This document shows positions 20,884 through 28,854 of a stretch of DNA of 64,000 nucleotides, in pieces (position 1 is the stretch's first letter; each line of letters begins with the position of its first letter). Where the stretch lies: assembly GCA_040881685.1 (NCBI GenBank), contig JBBECS010000002.1:105287-169286 (forward strand), given 5' to 3'. Under the pieces are notes generated by a model that saw only the letters and a program-made list of their open reading frames with translations, searched no databases and had not been told where the DNA came from. Origin of the DNA: Acidimicrobiia bacterium. Its GTDB lineage: Bacteria; Actinomycetota; Acidimicrobiia; IMCC26256; PALSA-555. The translations under genes were made by a program, and so were the position numbers.

Positions 20884-22893
20884 CTACCAGTCGGCGGCGA
20901 CCACTCCCGCGGCGACGAGCGTCGCCACTGCGTCACCCGCGCTCCGGCGCCACAGCTCGAAGCCGCTCTCACTCGGGACGAGCAGCAACACCTGCTGCCC
21001 GGTCGGATCGGAGCCGACGATGGTCACGCCCCGTGTCGGCAGCTCGGCGAGCGGACGCACGATCGAGTTCCCGGCGAGGTCGTACTCGACGAGGCTCGAA
21101 CCACCTACCGCTTCGTAGACCGCAGCCCACCGTCCCGTCGTGCCGAGCGGTGCGAAGTTGGTCGGACCCTGTTCGGCACCTTGCTCGCCCAGTGCGCGGA
21201 ACGTCGGGCCGCTCAATTCGCCGGTCGTCGCGGTGTCGACGTACCAGAACTCGGTGGTGGGCTCACGGTTGACGCGCACCATGACGTGCCGGTTGTCGGC
21301 GTCCCAGCCGACGGCTCCGACGAGTTCCGCGCCGGGGCCGCCATCGTTCGGCTGCGCGAGCGTGAACGACCGCTCCGCATCCGTCTCGAGGTCCCGCACC
21401 ATGAGCGGGCCCGGTCCACACACCCCACTTCGGTACGCGAGCTTCGTGCCATCGGAGTTGAGCGACATGAACGAGCCCATCGCCAGGTGCTCGAAGGCGA
21501 GCGTCTCCTCGTCGATGCGCACGCGACCGATCTCGCCGGAAGTGCCACAACGATCGGTGCCGCCCTGCTCGTAATACAGGGTCCGGCCATCCGGCGCGAG
21601 CTCGAGGCGGTGGTAGTCGAGCGAGGCGGTGCCGATCACGCGTACGACCGATCCATCGGCGTTGATCACCTCGAGGCGTCGGTCCGTGCGCGCGACCACC
21701 AGCGACGCCGGCGCGGTAACGGTCAGGGGTGCGGTCGTCGTCGTGACCGGATCGGGCGGCGGCTCGATCGATCGTGGCAGCCAGGCGGCCTCGCGAACGT
21801 CGTCGGTGATCGTCGTTGGCTCCGTGTCGCCGGGGTGCCAACGCTGGAGCAGACTGCCGCCGAAGTGCATGAGCACGTCACCTGACGAATTCGCCGAGAT
21901 GTGCAGCACACCACCTTGGCGAGTTTCGAAGATGGTCTCGACGGGCTCGAGCAAAAGGTCGTCGCCGGTCGGTGGATCGTTCTGGGCAGGCCCAGGGACG
22001 CTTTCGAACACCACGAGCTTGTGGAGCTGCGCGCCGTCCGGTGGCGCGCTGTCCTCGAGCGCCACGAGCACGCGCCCGTCGGGAAGGTACGTCGCGCCGT
22101 CGGCAGGCGTCGGCAGGTTGAGGAACCTCGTGTCCCCCGGGGATCCGACGGGCACGACTGACACACTCGACCACCACTCGTTCGCGCAGCAGCCGGCCAC
22201 AATCCAGCGCGCGCTGTCTGGCGACCAAGCGACCGGCGAGAGCGTGGCGCAGCCCTCGCACGCCTCACTCGCGACCCAGACCGTCTCCTCGCCCGTCTCC
22301 AGGTTGCGGGAGATGACTTCCGTGCGTCGTCCACAAGGGTCCGCGGCCGGCGATCGCACGTACTCGAGCGTGCGCCCGTCCGGACTCACGAGCGGATTCG
22401 TGCCCGTCGCGACGACCTCGACGTCACCACCCGCGCTCGGCACCTTCGCGACCTCGATGCGGTCGCACGGCAGCGCGGCGCGGCGACGGCTGAAGTACAC
22501 CGTCTCGCCGTCGGGTGTCGCGGAGATGCCACCGAACGTGATGCCGACGTCCTCGGTGAGTGTGCGGATCACGCGGCCGTCGTCGGCCGAGAGCACAACC
22601 AATCGGTCGCCGCCGTTGTTCGGACCTTGGACCGCAACGATTTGATCGCCCGTCACCGAGGGGGTGGCAATCGTGTGCTCGTCACTCTTGAGCACGCCCG
22701 TCGCGACGACGATCACGGCGACCATCCCAACTGCGGTGACCGCCGCGGCGACTCGCTGCGTCATCTGTCGGCGGCGACGAATGCTGTTGGCGCGGGCGCG
22801 CACGCGACCCCAGGCATCGGTCGGCGCACCGCCAGCCCCGGCGTCGTCGCGGAGCGCGCCCCGCAGCAGGTCGTCGTGGTCGTTGGTGCTCAT
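20884..22893 (-). CDS. Membrane-anchored tandem beta-propeller (TolB/PD40-like) protein, putative ECF partner
   Basis: ATGA-coupled to the ECF sigma stop. MSTNDHDDLL.., then TM AAAVTAVGMVAVIVVATGV, then repeated xPDG motifs (ATPDGETVYF, VSPDGRTLEY, LAPDGRTLYY, LNSDGTKLAY) in two halves. Confidence 0.7.
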   Translation of the reverse strand: MSTNDHDDLLRGALRDDAGAGGAPTDAWGRVRARANSIRRRRQMTQRVAAAVTAVGMVAVIVVATGVLKSDEHTIATPSVTGDQIVAVQGPNNGGDRLVVLSADDGRVIRTLTEDVGITFGGISATPDGETVYFSRRRAALPCDRIEVAKVPSAGGDVEVVATGTNPLVSPDGRTLEYVRSPAADPCGRRTEVISRNLETGEETVWVASEACEGCATLSPVAWSPDSARWIVAGCCANEWWSSVSVVPVGSPGDTRFLNLPTPADGATYLPDGRVLVALEDSAPPDGAQLHKLVVFESVPGPAQNDPPTGDDLLLEPVETIFETRQGGVLHISANSSGDVLMHFGGSLLQRWHPGDTEPTTITDDVREAAWLPRSIEPPPDPVTTTTAPLTVTAPASLVVARTDRRLEVINADGSVVRVIGTASLDYHRLELAPDGRTLYYEQGGTDRCGTSGEIGRVRIDEETLAFEHLAMGSFMSLNSDGTKLAYRSGVCGPGPLMVRDLETDAERSFTLAQPNDGGPGAELVGAVGWDADNRHVMVRVNREPTTEFWYVDTATTGELSGPTFRALGEQGAEQGPTNFAPLGTTGRWAAVYEAVGGSSLVEYDLAGNSIVRPLAELPTRGVTIVGSDPTGQQVLLLVPSESGFELWRRSAGDAVATLVAAGVVAADW

Positions 22894-23441
22894 GCGTGTT
22901 CCTCTTTTTCGAGTACGAGTCCGAGCGCGGCGAGCGCGCGATGGAGGTGCTGCTTCACGGAGCCCTCGCTGATACCGAGCGTGGTTGCCGCCTCGATGGT
23001 CGAGCAGTCGAGGTAGTAACGGAGCACAACGCACTCACGCTGACGGCGCGGCAGCGCGCGGACGGCACTGGCGACGGTTCGCACTCGCTCGCGCGCGACG
23101 GCGGCGCTCTCCGCCGACGCGATGTCCGGCACGGGTGTCAGGCGCGTTCTTCGCACGGTGCGCCGGCGCCGAAGGCCGCCTCGAGCGAGGTTCACAACCG
23201 CGCGGCGAACGTACGGCAGCGGATCGTCTTGGTCGCGCAGGCGCGGCCACGACGCGTACGCCCGGGCGAACGCTTCCTGCACGACCTCTTCTGCGTGGCC
23301 CCGGTCGTCAACGAGCAGCCGGGCCAGCCCCACGAGCGGCTCGTACTGCGCCCGGAACAGCCCGCCCAGCACGGCGTCGGCGTTTCCGGGCCTCATGGTC
23401 TCGCCCGCGCCCCCCGAATGCTCGGTCCCCACCTCGACCAT
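22890..23441 (-). CDS. ECF (SigE-family) RNA polymerase sigma factor
   Basis: Region 2 (EEVVQEAFARAYASWPRL..PLPYVRRAVVNLA) and region 4 (LPRRQRECVVLRYYLDCSTIEAATTLGISEGSVKQHLHRA). The start is either ATG 23441 or ATG 23396. Confidence 0.88.
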   Translation of the reverse strand: MVEVGTEHSGGAGETMRPGNADAVLGGLFRAQYEPLVGLARLLVDDRGHAEEVVQEAFARAYASWPRLRDQDDPLPYVRRAVVNLARGGLRRRRTVRRTRLTPVPDIASAESAAVARERVRTVASAVRALPRRQRECVVLRYYLDCSTIEAATTLGISEGSVKQHLHRALAALGLVLEKEEHA

Positions 23442-23455
23442 GATCACGCCTGTAC

Positions 23456-23483
23456 AGACGCGTGGGCAGCGTTTTGGTTGACC
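23456..23483 (-). promoter_or_regulatory. Candidate ECF-type promoter GGTCAAC-N16-CGTCT
   Basis: On the minus strand, ggTCAACcaaaacgctgcccacgCGTCTgtacaggcgtgatcATG. Same AAC-N16/17-CGTCT layout as upstream of the second ECF gene (60927-60955). Confidence 0.3.
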
Positions 23484-23693
23484 AAGGACGGGACCGTGGT
23501 CACGTGGCGAGTGCGGGTCCGTCAGCCCGGAACACCAGGGCGAGCACCACGTCGGCATCGACCGAGGTGACGCGTCGGTCGTCCGCCAACGCCTCGGCCC
23601 CCCACCACTCGACGACGGTCATCCCGACCGTACAGACGCACTCGGCGACGCGAACGTTGACCGACGGGGTGAGCTGCCACCGCCAGCCCGTGG

Positions 23694-24464
23694 TCAGCCG
23701 GGCTTTGGCAATGCGGCACGGAGGTCGGCCAGGCGTTGCACCGGGATGGGCCGCCGTTCCAGGAGCTCGTCGAAGCGGGCCTTGGCGTGGTCGTAGAGCC
23801 GCCGGTCGAGCGCGTTGTGCTCTTCGATCACGGCTCGGGTTGCCGGGGCGACGGCCTCGATCGCCGGCCGCGGGCTGGTCACGTTGACTGTGGTGTACAC
23901 GGGCAGATCCCAGCCGAACGTGCGCGCAAGATGAAGAAGTGACTCGTCGAACCGCTCCTGGACGCCGAACACGACGTGACGATCCAAGCGTTCCATCGCC
24001 CGCTCGAGCTCTCGCTCACCCGGCTCCACCGCGCGGAGGGACACGTCACCACCGATGAGGCCGGTCTGGGCGTCGTTCACGAGGTGACGAAGCGGCGAGC
24101 CGGTCACGTGCTGCTCGAGTGAGGGATGCGCCGGGTCGATGTCGTGGAGGGACACGAGTGACGGCTGCGTCAACGCGTAGGAGAAGTGCGACACAATCCG
24201 ATCGACCGGATCCCGCAGCAAGGTTGCGTACACCGATCGCCCGGGCAGGTGCTCAGCGACGCCGTAGGGCAGGTGGCCGACGACCGCGCGAACGGCGCGG
24301 CGCCGACGAGCGGGCCAACCGAGGAGCTCCTCGACCGGGATACCGAACTCCCCGCCGTACACGCGCGCGATCCGCTCGACCCCGTACTCGCGCTCGATCA
24401 CCCCGACCAGCGTCGTGCCCGCGGTCTTGGGCACATGGAGGAACACGAGACGAGGCCTCGCCAT
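23694..24464 (-). CDS. Sulfotransferase family protein
   Basis: 256 aa with RLVFLHVPKTAGTTL (PAPS 5'-phosphosulfate-binding loop). Begins 23 nt downstream of the sigB-like stop. Confidence 0.78.
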   Translation of the reverse strand: MARPRLVFLHVPKTAGTTLVGVIEREYGVERIARVYGGEFGIPVEELLGWPARRRRAVRAVVGHLPYGVAEHLPGRSVYATLLRDPVDRIVSHFSYALTQPSLVSLHDIDPAHPSLEQHVTGSPLRHLVNDAQTGLIGGDVSLRAVEPGERELERAMERLDRHVVFGVQERFDESLLHLARTFGWDLPVYTTVNVTSPRPAIEAVAPATRAVIEEHNALDRRLYDHAKARFDELLERRPIPVQRLADLRAALPKPG

Positions 24465-24487
24465 GCGAGCCCACCGTGAACGTGCGG

Positions 24488-25429
24488 TCAGACGGCGAGC
24501 AGGTCGCGGGCGCCGGTGTCCGCGGACGGGTGACGCAGCTTGCTCATCGCTCGGGCCTCGATCTGGCGGATGCGCTCGCGCGTGAGGTTGAAGTACTCGC
24601 CAACCTCTTCGAGCGTGCGCGGCTCACCGCGGTCGAGCCCGAAGCGCAGCGCCAGGATCTGACGCTCGCGCTCGTCGAGCGGTGCGAGGAGCTTCTCGAT
24701 CTCGTCGGGCAGCAGCGCGGTGGCAGCAACCTCGAACGGCGACTCGGCCGAGCGATCCTCGACGATGTCGCCGAGCTCGGCGTCGCCGTCTTCGCGCAAC
24801 GGCTCCGACAGCGAGAGCGGCTCGGCCGCGAAGCGCAGTGCCTCCGTGACCTTGTCCTCGGGCATCTCCACTTCGATCGCGAGCTCCGCGAGCGTGGCCG
24901 GGCGTCCGAGCTTGAGCTCGAGACGCGAACGCGCCTTCTGGAGCCGGGCCAACGTGTCGCCGGCGTGCACCGGGAGGCGGATCGTGCGGCCGGTGTTGGC
25001 GATGCCGCGGGTGATGGCCTGGCGGATCCACCACGTCGCATACGTGGAGAACTTGAAGCCCTTGCGCCAGTCGAACTTCTCGACCGCGTGCATCAGGCCG
25101 AGGTTGCCCTCCTGGATGAGGTCGAGGAGGGGGAGGCCGGAGGCCTGGTACTTCTTGGCGATCGAGACCACGAGCCGGAGGTTGGACTGCACGAAGGTGC
25201 GCTGGGCCTGCTCGCCCTCTCGGGCGATCTTGCGCAGCTCACGCTTCTTGGCCGGGGTCAGCTTCTTGATCGGTGTGCGCTCGAACTCGTCGCGCCCGGC
25301 ATTCCCCCGTTCGATCTGCTGGGCGAGGCGAACCTCGTCGTCCTTGGTGAGCAATGGGTACTGCCCGATGTCAGTGAGATAGAGCCGGACGAGATCCTCC
25401 TCGTCCCGCTCGACACGCTCCTTGGCCAC
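24488..25429 (-). CDS. sigB: Group 2 sigma-70 factor (SigB-like)
   Basis: GTG 25429 preceded by [49 protein letters not shown], and region 4 [19 protein letters not shown]. No long region 1.1. Confidence 0.92.
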   Translation of the reverse strand: MAKERVERDEEDLVRLYLTDIGQYPLLTKDDEVRLAQQIERGNAGRDEFERTPIKKLTPAKKRELRKIAREGEQAQRTFVQSNLRLVVSIAKKYQASGLPLLDLIQEGNLGLMHAVEKFDWRKGFKFSTYATWWIRQAITRGIANTGRTIRLPVHAGDTLARLQKARSRLELKLGRPATLAELAIEVEMPEDKVTEALRFAAEPLSLSEPLREDGDAELGDIVEDRSAESPFEVAATALLPDEIEKLLAPLDERERQILALRFGLDRGEPRTLEEVGEYFNLTRERIRQIEARAMSKLRHPSADTGARDLLAV

Positions 25430-25607
25430 GGATGCCTTTCGAGGTGCTTGCGGTCTCTTCGAGCTTGTGGAAAACCGCCGGGAGGCGGTGGATGTTCCCT
25501 GGTCACGGCGGTCGGGGGGCGGCCGCCCTCCGTACCATAACGACCTCGTCAAGCGAGGCTTTCCACAGGTCCTGAAGAGGCGGTGCGCCCCTTGGGGGCC
25601 TGCCATG

Positions 25608-26087
25608 TTATCGGCCGATCGAGCCTGTTCCTGCATCGATTCTGCGCAGCGCCTCGAGCTCGGCGAGCTCGGCCCGCTCGTGCTCGAGCACGAGCCCGAC
25701 CGCCCGGCGGGCAGGACCGTCACGCACCGGCCGCATCGCAGCGAGGTGCTGCTCGTAGCAGGCGATCGTGCCCACGAGGACGTCGAGCGCACGTTCGAGC
25801 CGGGTCGACGTCGTTGCGGCCGCCAGCATCCGGGAGACCCGTGTACGCCACTCCTTGTCCAACGGGGCTCGCTGCTCGACGTGGTGGTCGCGTGTGTCAG
25901 GGCGCAGCGGCTCGAGGAGCTGGGCGTGCCACGCGTGATGACGGGAGTGCCGCCCGAGCGCGAGCTTGATGCCCGGCTCCGGGGTCGTGGTGACCCAACG
26001 CCCGAGCACCTCGAAGAGCCGTCGCTCCAACCACGTCGCGTGACTGAGGAACCGCGCCAAGTCGTCGATGGTCAGGCCGGGGGACAC
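25608..26087 (-). CDS. Hypothetical protein (helical, His-rich)
   Basis: 159-aa [34 protein letters not shown].. with good GC3 and no motif I recognise. Confidence 0.55.
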   Translation of the reverse strand: MSPGLTIDDLARFLSHATWLERRLFEVLGRWVTTTPEPGIKLALGRHSRHHAWHAQLLEPLRPDTRDHHVEQRAPLDKEWRTRVSRMLAAATTSTRLERALDVLVGTIACYEQHLAAMRPVRDGPARRAVGLVLEHERAELAELEALRRIDAGTGSIGR

Positions 26088-26108
26088 CCATGGAGGGTAC
26101 GCGACGGG

Positions 26109-27002
26109 TCAGAACGGATGCGGCTCGACGAGCTCGGGGTGAGGGACTTGCGTGCGCCCCGGGCCGAGCTCGGCGATGGTGATGCCCACCAGGATCACGC
26201 CCGCACCCGCGAGCTCCACGGCGCCGAGGCGTTCGCCGTCGACGTACCCCGCGGCGGCGGCGAAGACCGGCTCCATGAGCAGGATGAGCGCGGCGCGGCT
26301 CGCGGCGATGTGCCGTTGTCCCCACACCTGAAGCGACAGCGCCACCGACGAGCAGGCGATCCCGGTGAACGCAGCCGCGAACACGGCAACTCCGGTGAGC
26401 TCACCGACCCCCTGTGCCGCCGTGCCGGGCACGCACAGCACCAAGACCACGATCATCTGCACCGTGGTGAACGGGATCGCGTGCACACGCCGCGCGTACT
26501 CGCCTTGGAAGACGATCCAGGCCGCGAAGATGACCGCGCACAGCAGCGTCCACAGCTCACCGACGCCAAGCGCGAGATCGGCGCCCGTGAGGAGGTAGAG
26601 ACCGACGGTCGCGAGCGCGATGCCGACCAGCACACCGACCGGCGGGAGCTTGCGGTGCAGCGCGCCCTCCACGAGCGGCGTGAACACCACGTACAAGCCG
26701 GTGATGAACGCCGACGTCGAGGGTGACGCGGTCTGGAGTCCGACGGTCTGGGTCACGTATCCGCCGGCGAGCAGCACACCGGCGAGCAGGCCCGCGCGGG
26801 TGAGGAGTCGTCGTTCCTCCGGCGTACCTCGCCGCGCCGTCACAACGGCAAACGGACCGAGCACGATCACGGCGATCGTGAACCGCAGCAGCAGGTATGC
26901 GAACGGCTCGATGTCGGCGAGCGCGTTGTGCACCAGCGGGAACGTGACGCCGAAGAAGAACGCCGCGAGGACGAGCGCGCCCTCGGGCGCATATCTCTTC
27001 AC
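26109..27002 (-). CDS. EamA/DMT family transporter
   Basis: 297 aa with roughly 10 TM spans in two EamA-like halves. GTG start. Confidence 0.86.
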   Translation of the reverse strand: MKRYAPEGALVLAAFFFGVTFPLVHNALADIEPFAYLLLRFTIAVIVLGPFAVVTARRGTPEERRLLTRAGLLAGVLLAGGYVTQTVGLQTASPSTSAFITGLYVVFTPLVEGALHRKLPPVGVLVGIALATVGLYLLTGADLALGVGELWTLLCAVIFAAWIVFQGEYARRVHAIPFTTVQMIVVLVLCVPGTAAQGVGELTGVAVFAAAFTGIACSSVALSLQVWGQRHIAASRAALILLMEPVFAAAAGYVDGERLGAVELAGAGVILVGITIAELGPGRTQVPHPELVEPHPF

Positions 27003-27004
27003 AC

Positions 27005-27080
27005 TCGGTCGCTTACTGCGGGCCGGGATACCCGGCCCGCGGCCGTGCGCTCCCTGGGCGAGCTCGCTTCGCTCGCCGCT
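27005..27080 (+). repeat. Intergenic repeat copy 2 (perfect hairpin GCGGGCCGGG-ATA-CCCGGCCCGC, then CCCTGGGCGAGC)
   Basis: Fills the gap between the nadE stop (27108) and the eamA start (27002). Aligns with copies at 7322 and 42545. Confidence 0.6.
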
Positions 27081-27107
27081 TTCCGTGCGGCCTGCGCGAC
27101 TGCGCCA

Positions 27108-28820
27108 CTAACCCGACCAGCGGTTGGTGATGGGGAGCCTGCGGTCCTTGCCGAACGCCTTGGGCGAGACGCGCACGCCGGGCGGGGCCTGGCGGCGCTT
27201 GTACTCGTTACGGTCGACGAGCCACGCCACTCGGCGCACGGTCTCGGGGTCGTGACCGTCGGCGAGCAGGTCTCCCACCGACCTGTCGTTCTCCACGTAG
27301 CCCTCGATGATCTTGTCGAGCACGTCATACGGCGGAAGCGAGTCGGAGTCGCGCTGGTCGGGCCGCAGCTCTGCGCTCGGCGGCTTGTCGAGCACGGCCT
27401 CGGGGATCACCACGCGGCTGGCGCGCTCATTGCGGTCACGAGCGAGCGCGTACACGAGCGTCTTGGGCACGTCCTTGATCACCGAGAATCCGCCGGCCAT
27501 GTCGCCGTAGAGCGTGGAATAGCCGGTAGCGAGCTCGCTCTTGTTGCCGGTCGTGAGCACCATCGACCCGAGCTTGTTGGACAGCGTCATGAGGATGGTC
27601 CCGCGGATGCGCGCCTGGAGGTTCTCCTCCGCCAACCCGGGGTCGGATCCCGCAAATGGTTCGGCGAGCATGTCGAGGAACGCTTCGTGCGCGGGCTCGA
27701 TCGGGATCGTGAGCGTGGGGATCCCGAGGTTGGACGCCAGCGCTTGCGCGTCGGTCACGCTGCCTTCACTCGAGAACCGCGACGGCATGAGCACGCCCGT
27801 CACGTGCTCCGGTTCGAGCGCATCGGCCGCGATTGCCGCGACGATTGACGAGTCGATGCCACCTGACAGACCGATGAGCACGTTATGGAACCCGTTCTTG
27901 GCCACGTAGTCACGCGTGCCGAGCACGAGGGCCTCGTAGACCTCGCGCACCGGCTCGAGCACAGTTTCCACGCGCGGCGCTGTCGCACGGTCGGAGATCT
28001 CGGCATCGCTGACCGCGACCTCCGGGAGGCGGGCGGTGCGCAAGCGACTTCGGGAACCGAGCGCGCGGCGACGAGACGAGGGCGGGACGTCCAGGTCGAC
28101 CACGAGCAGGTCTTCGGCGAACTGCTTCGCCCGCGCAACGAGCTGACCACTCTCGTCGAACACCATGGACGCCCCGTCGAAGACCAGCTCGTCCTGACCG
28201 CCGACGAGGTTCACGTACACGAGCGGGACCGATGCATCGGCCGCCCTCGTCGCCAGCATCGATGCTCGCTCGCGCACACGCCCGGCGTAGTACGGCGATG
28301 CATTGATGTTCACCACGACCTCTGCACCGGCCGCGGCTTGCGTGAGGATCGGCCCCGACGGGCTCCACGCGTCCTCGCAGATCGTCACGGCCACCCGCAC
28401 GCCGCCGACGACGAACAGCGGCCCGTCTGCCGCCCACGGCTCGAAGTACCGCTCCTCGTCGAACACCGCGTAGTTCGGAAGGAGGTGCTTGCGATACACG
28501 CCGAGCACGCTGCCGCCCGCGCACACCGCGGCCGCGTTGTACAGCCGGTCACCGTCTTGTTCGGGGAAGCCAACCACGGCGGCAGCGCGTCCGGTGCGAG
28601 CAGCGACCTTCTCGAGCGCTTCGACCGACTGCGCCACGAATGCCGGGCGCAGCAGGAGATCCTCCGGCGGGTAGCCGCTGACGGCCAGCTCGGGGAACGC
28701 GACGAGGTCGCAACCCTCTTGCTCGGCCCGCTCGTGCGTCTCGAGCACCCGCGCCACGTTCCCCTCGAGGTCACCGACGACGAGGTTCAGCTGCGCGGCG
28801 GCAACACGCAGTCGGGGCAC
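27108..28820 (-). CDS. nadE: Glutamine-dependent NAD+ synthetase
   Basis: In-frame GTG 28820 gives VPRLRVAAAQLNLVVGDLEGN.. (CN-hydrolase domain, FPELAVSGYPPEDL), then GLSGGIDSSIVAAIA (PP-loop). Confidence 0.92.
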   Translation of the reverse strand: MPRLRVAAAQLNLVVGDLEGNVARVLETHERAEQEGCDLVAFPELAVSGYPPEDLLLRPAFVAQSVEALEKVAARTGRAAAVVGFPEQDGDRLYNAAAVCAGGSVLGVYRKHLLPNYAVFDEERYFEPWAADGPLFVVGGVRVAVTICEDAWSPSGPILTQAAAGAEVVVNINASPYYAGRVRERASMLATRAADASVPLVYVNLVGGQDELVFDGASMVFDESGQLVARAKQFAEDLLVVDLDVPPSSRRRALGSRSRLRTARLPEVAVSDAEISDRATAPRVETVLEPVREVYEALVLGTRDYVAKNGFHNVLIGLSGGIDSSIVAAIAADALEPEHVTGVLMPSRFSSEGSVTDAQALASNLGIPTLTIPIEPAHEAFLDMLAEPFAGSDPGLAEENLQARIRGTILMTLSNKLGSMVLTTGNKSELATGYSTLYGDMAGGFSVIKDVPKTLVYALARDRNERASRVVIPEAVLDKPPSAELRPDQRDSDSLPPYDVLDKIIEGYVENDRSVGDLLADGHDPETVRRVAWLVDRNEYKRRQAPPGVRVSPKAFGKDRRLPITNRWSG

Positions 28821-28854
28821 ACCCCAAGGATACGGGGCGCGACACTGGACCACC

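Noticed and set aside
25430-25607. 178-nt leader of the sigB-like gene, inspected for a known RNA motif or clear promoter
   Set aside because: It contains GC hairpins and a TTGACG hexamer, but no -10 at proper spacing and no motif I can name. The evidence is insufficient to call anything.
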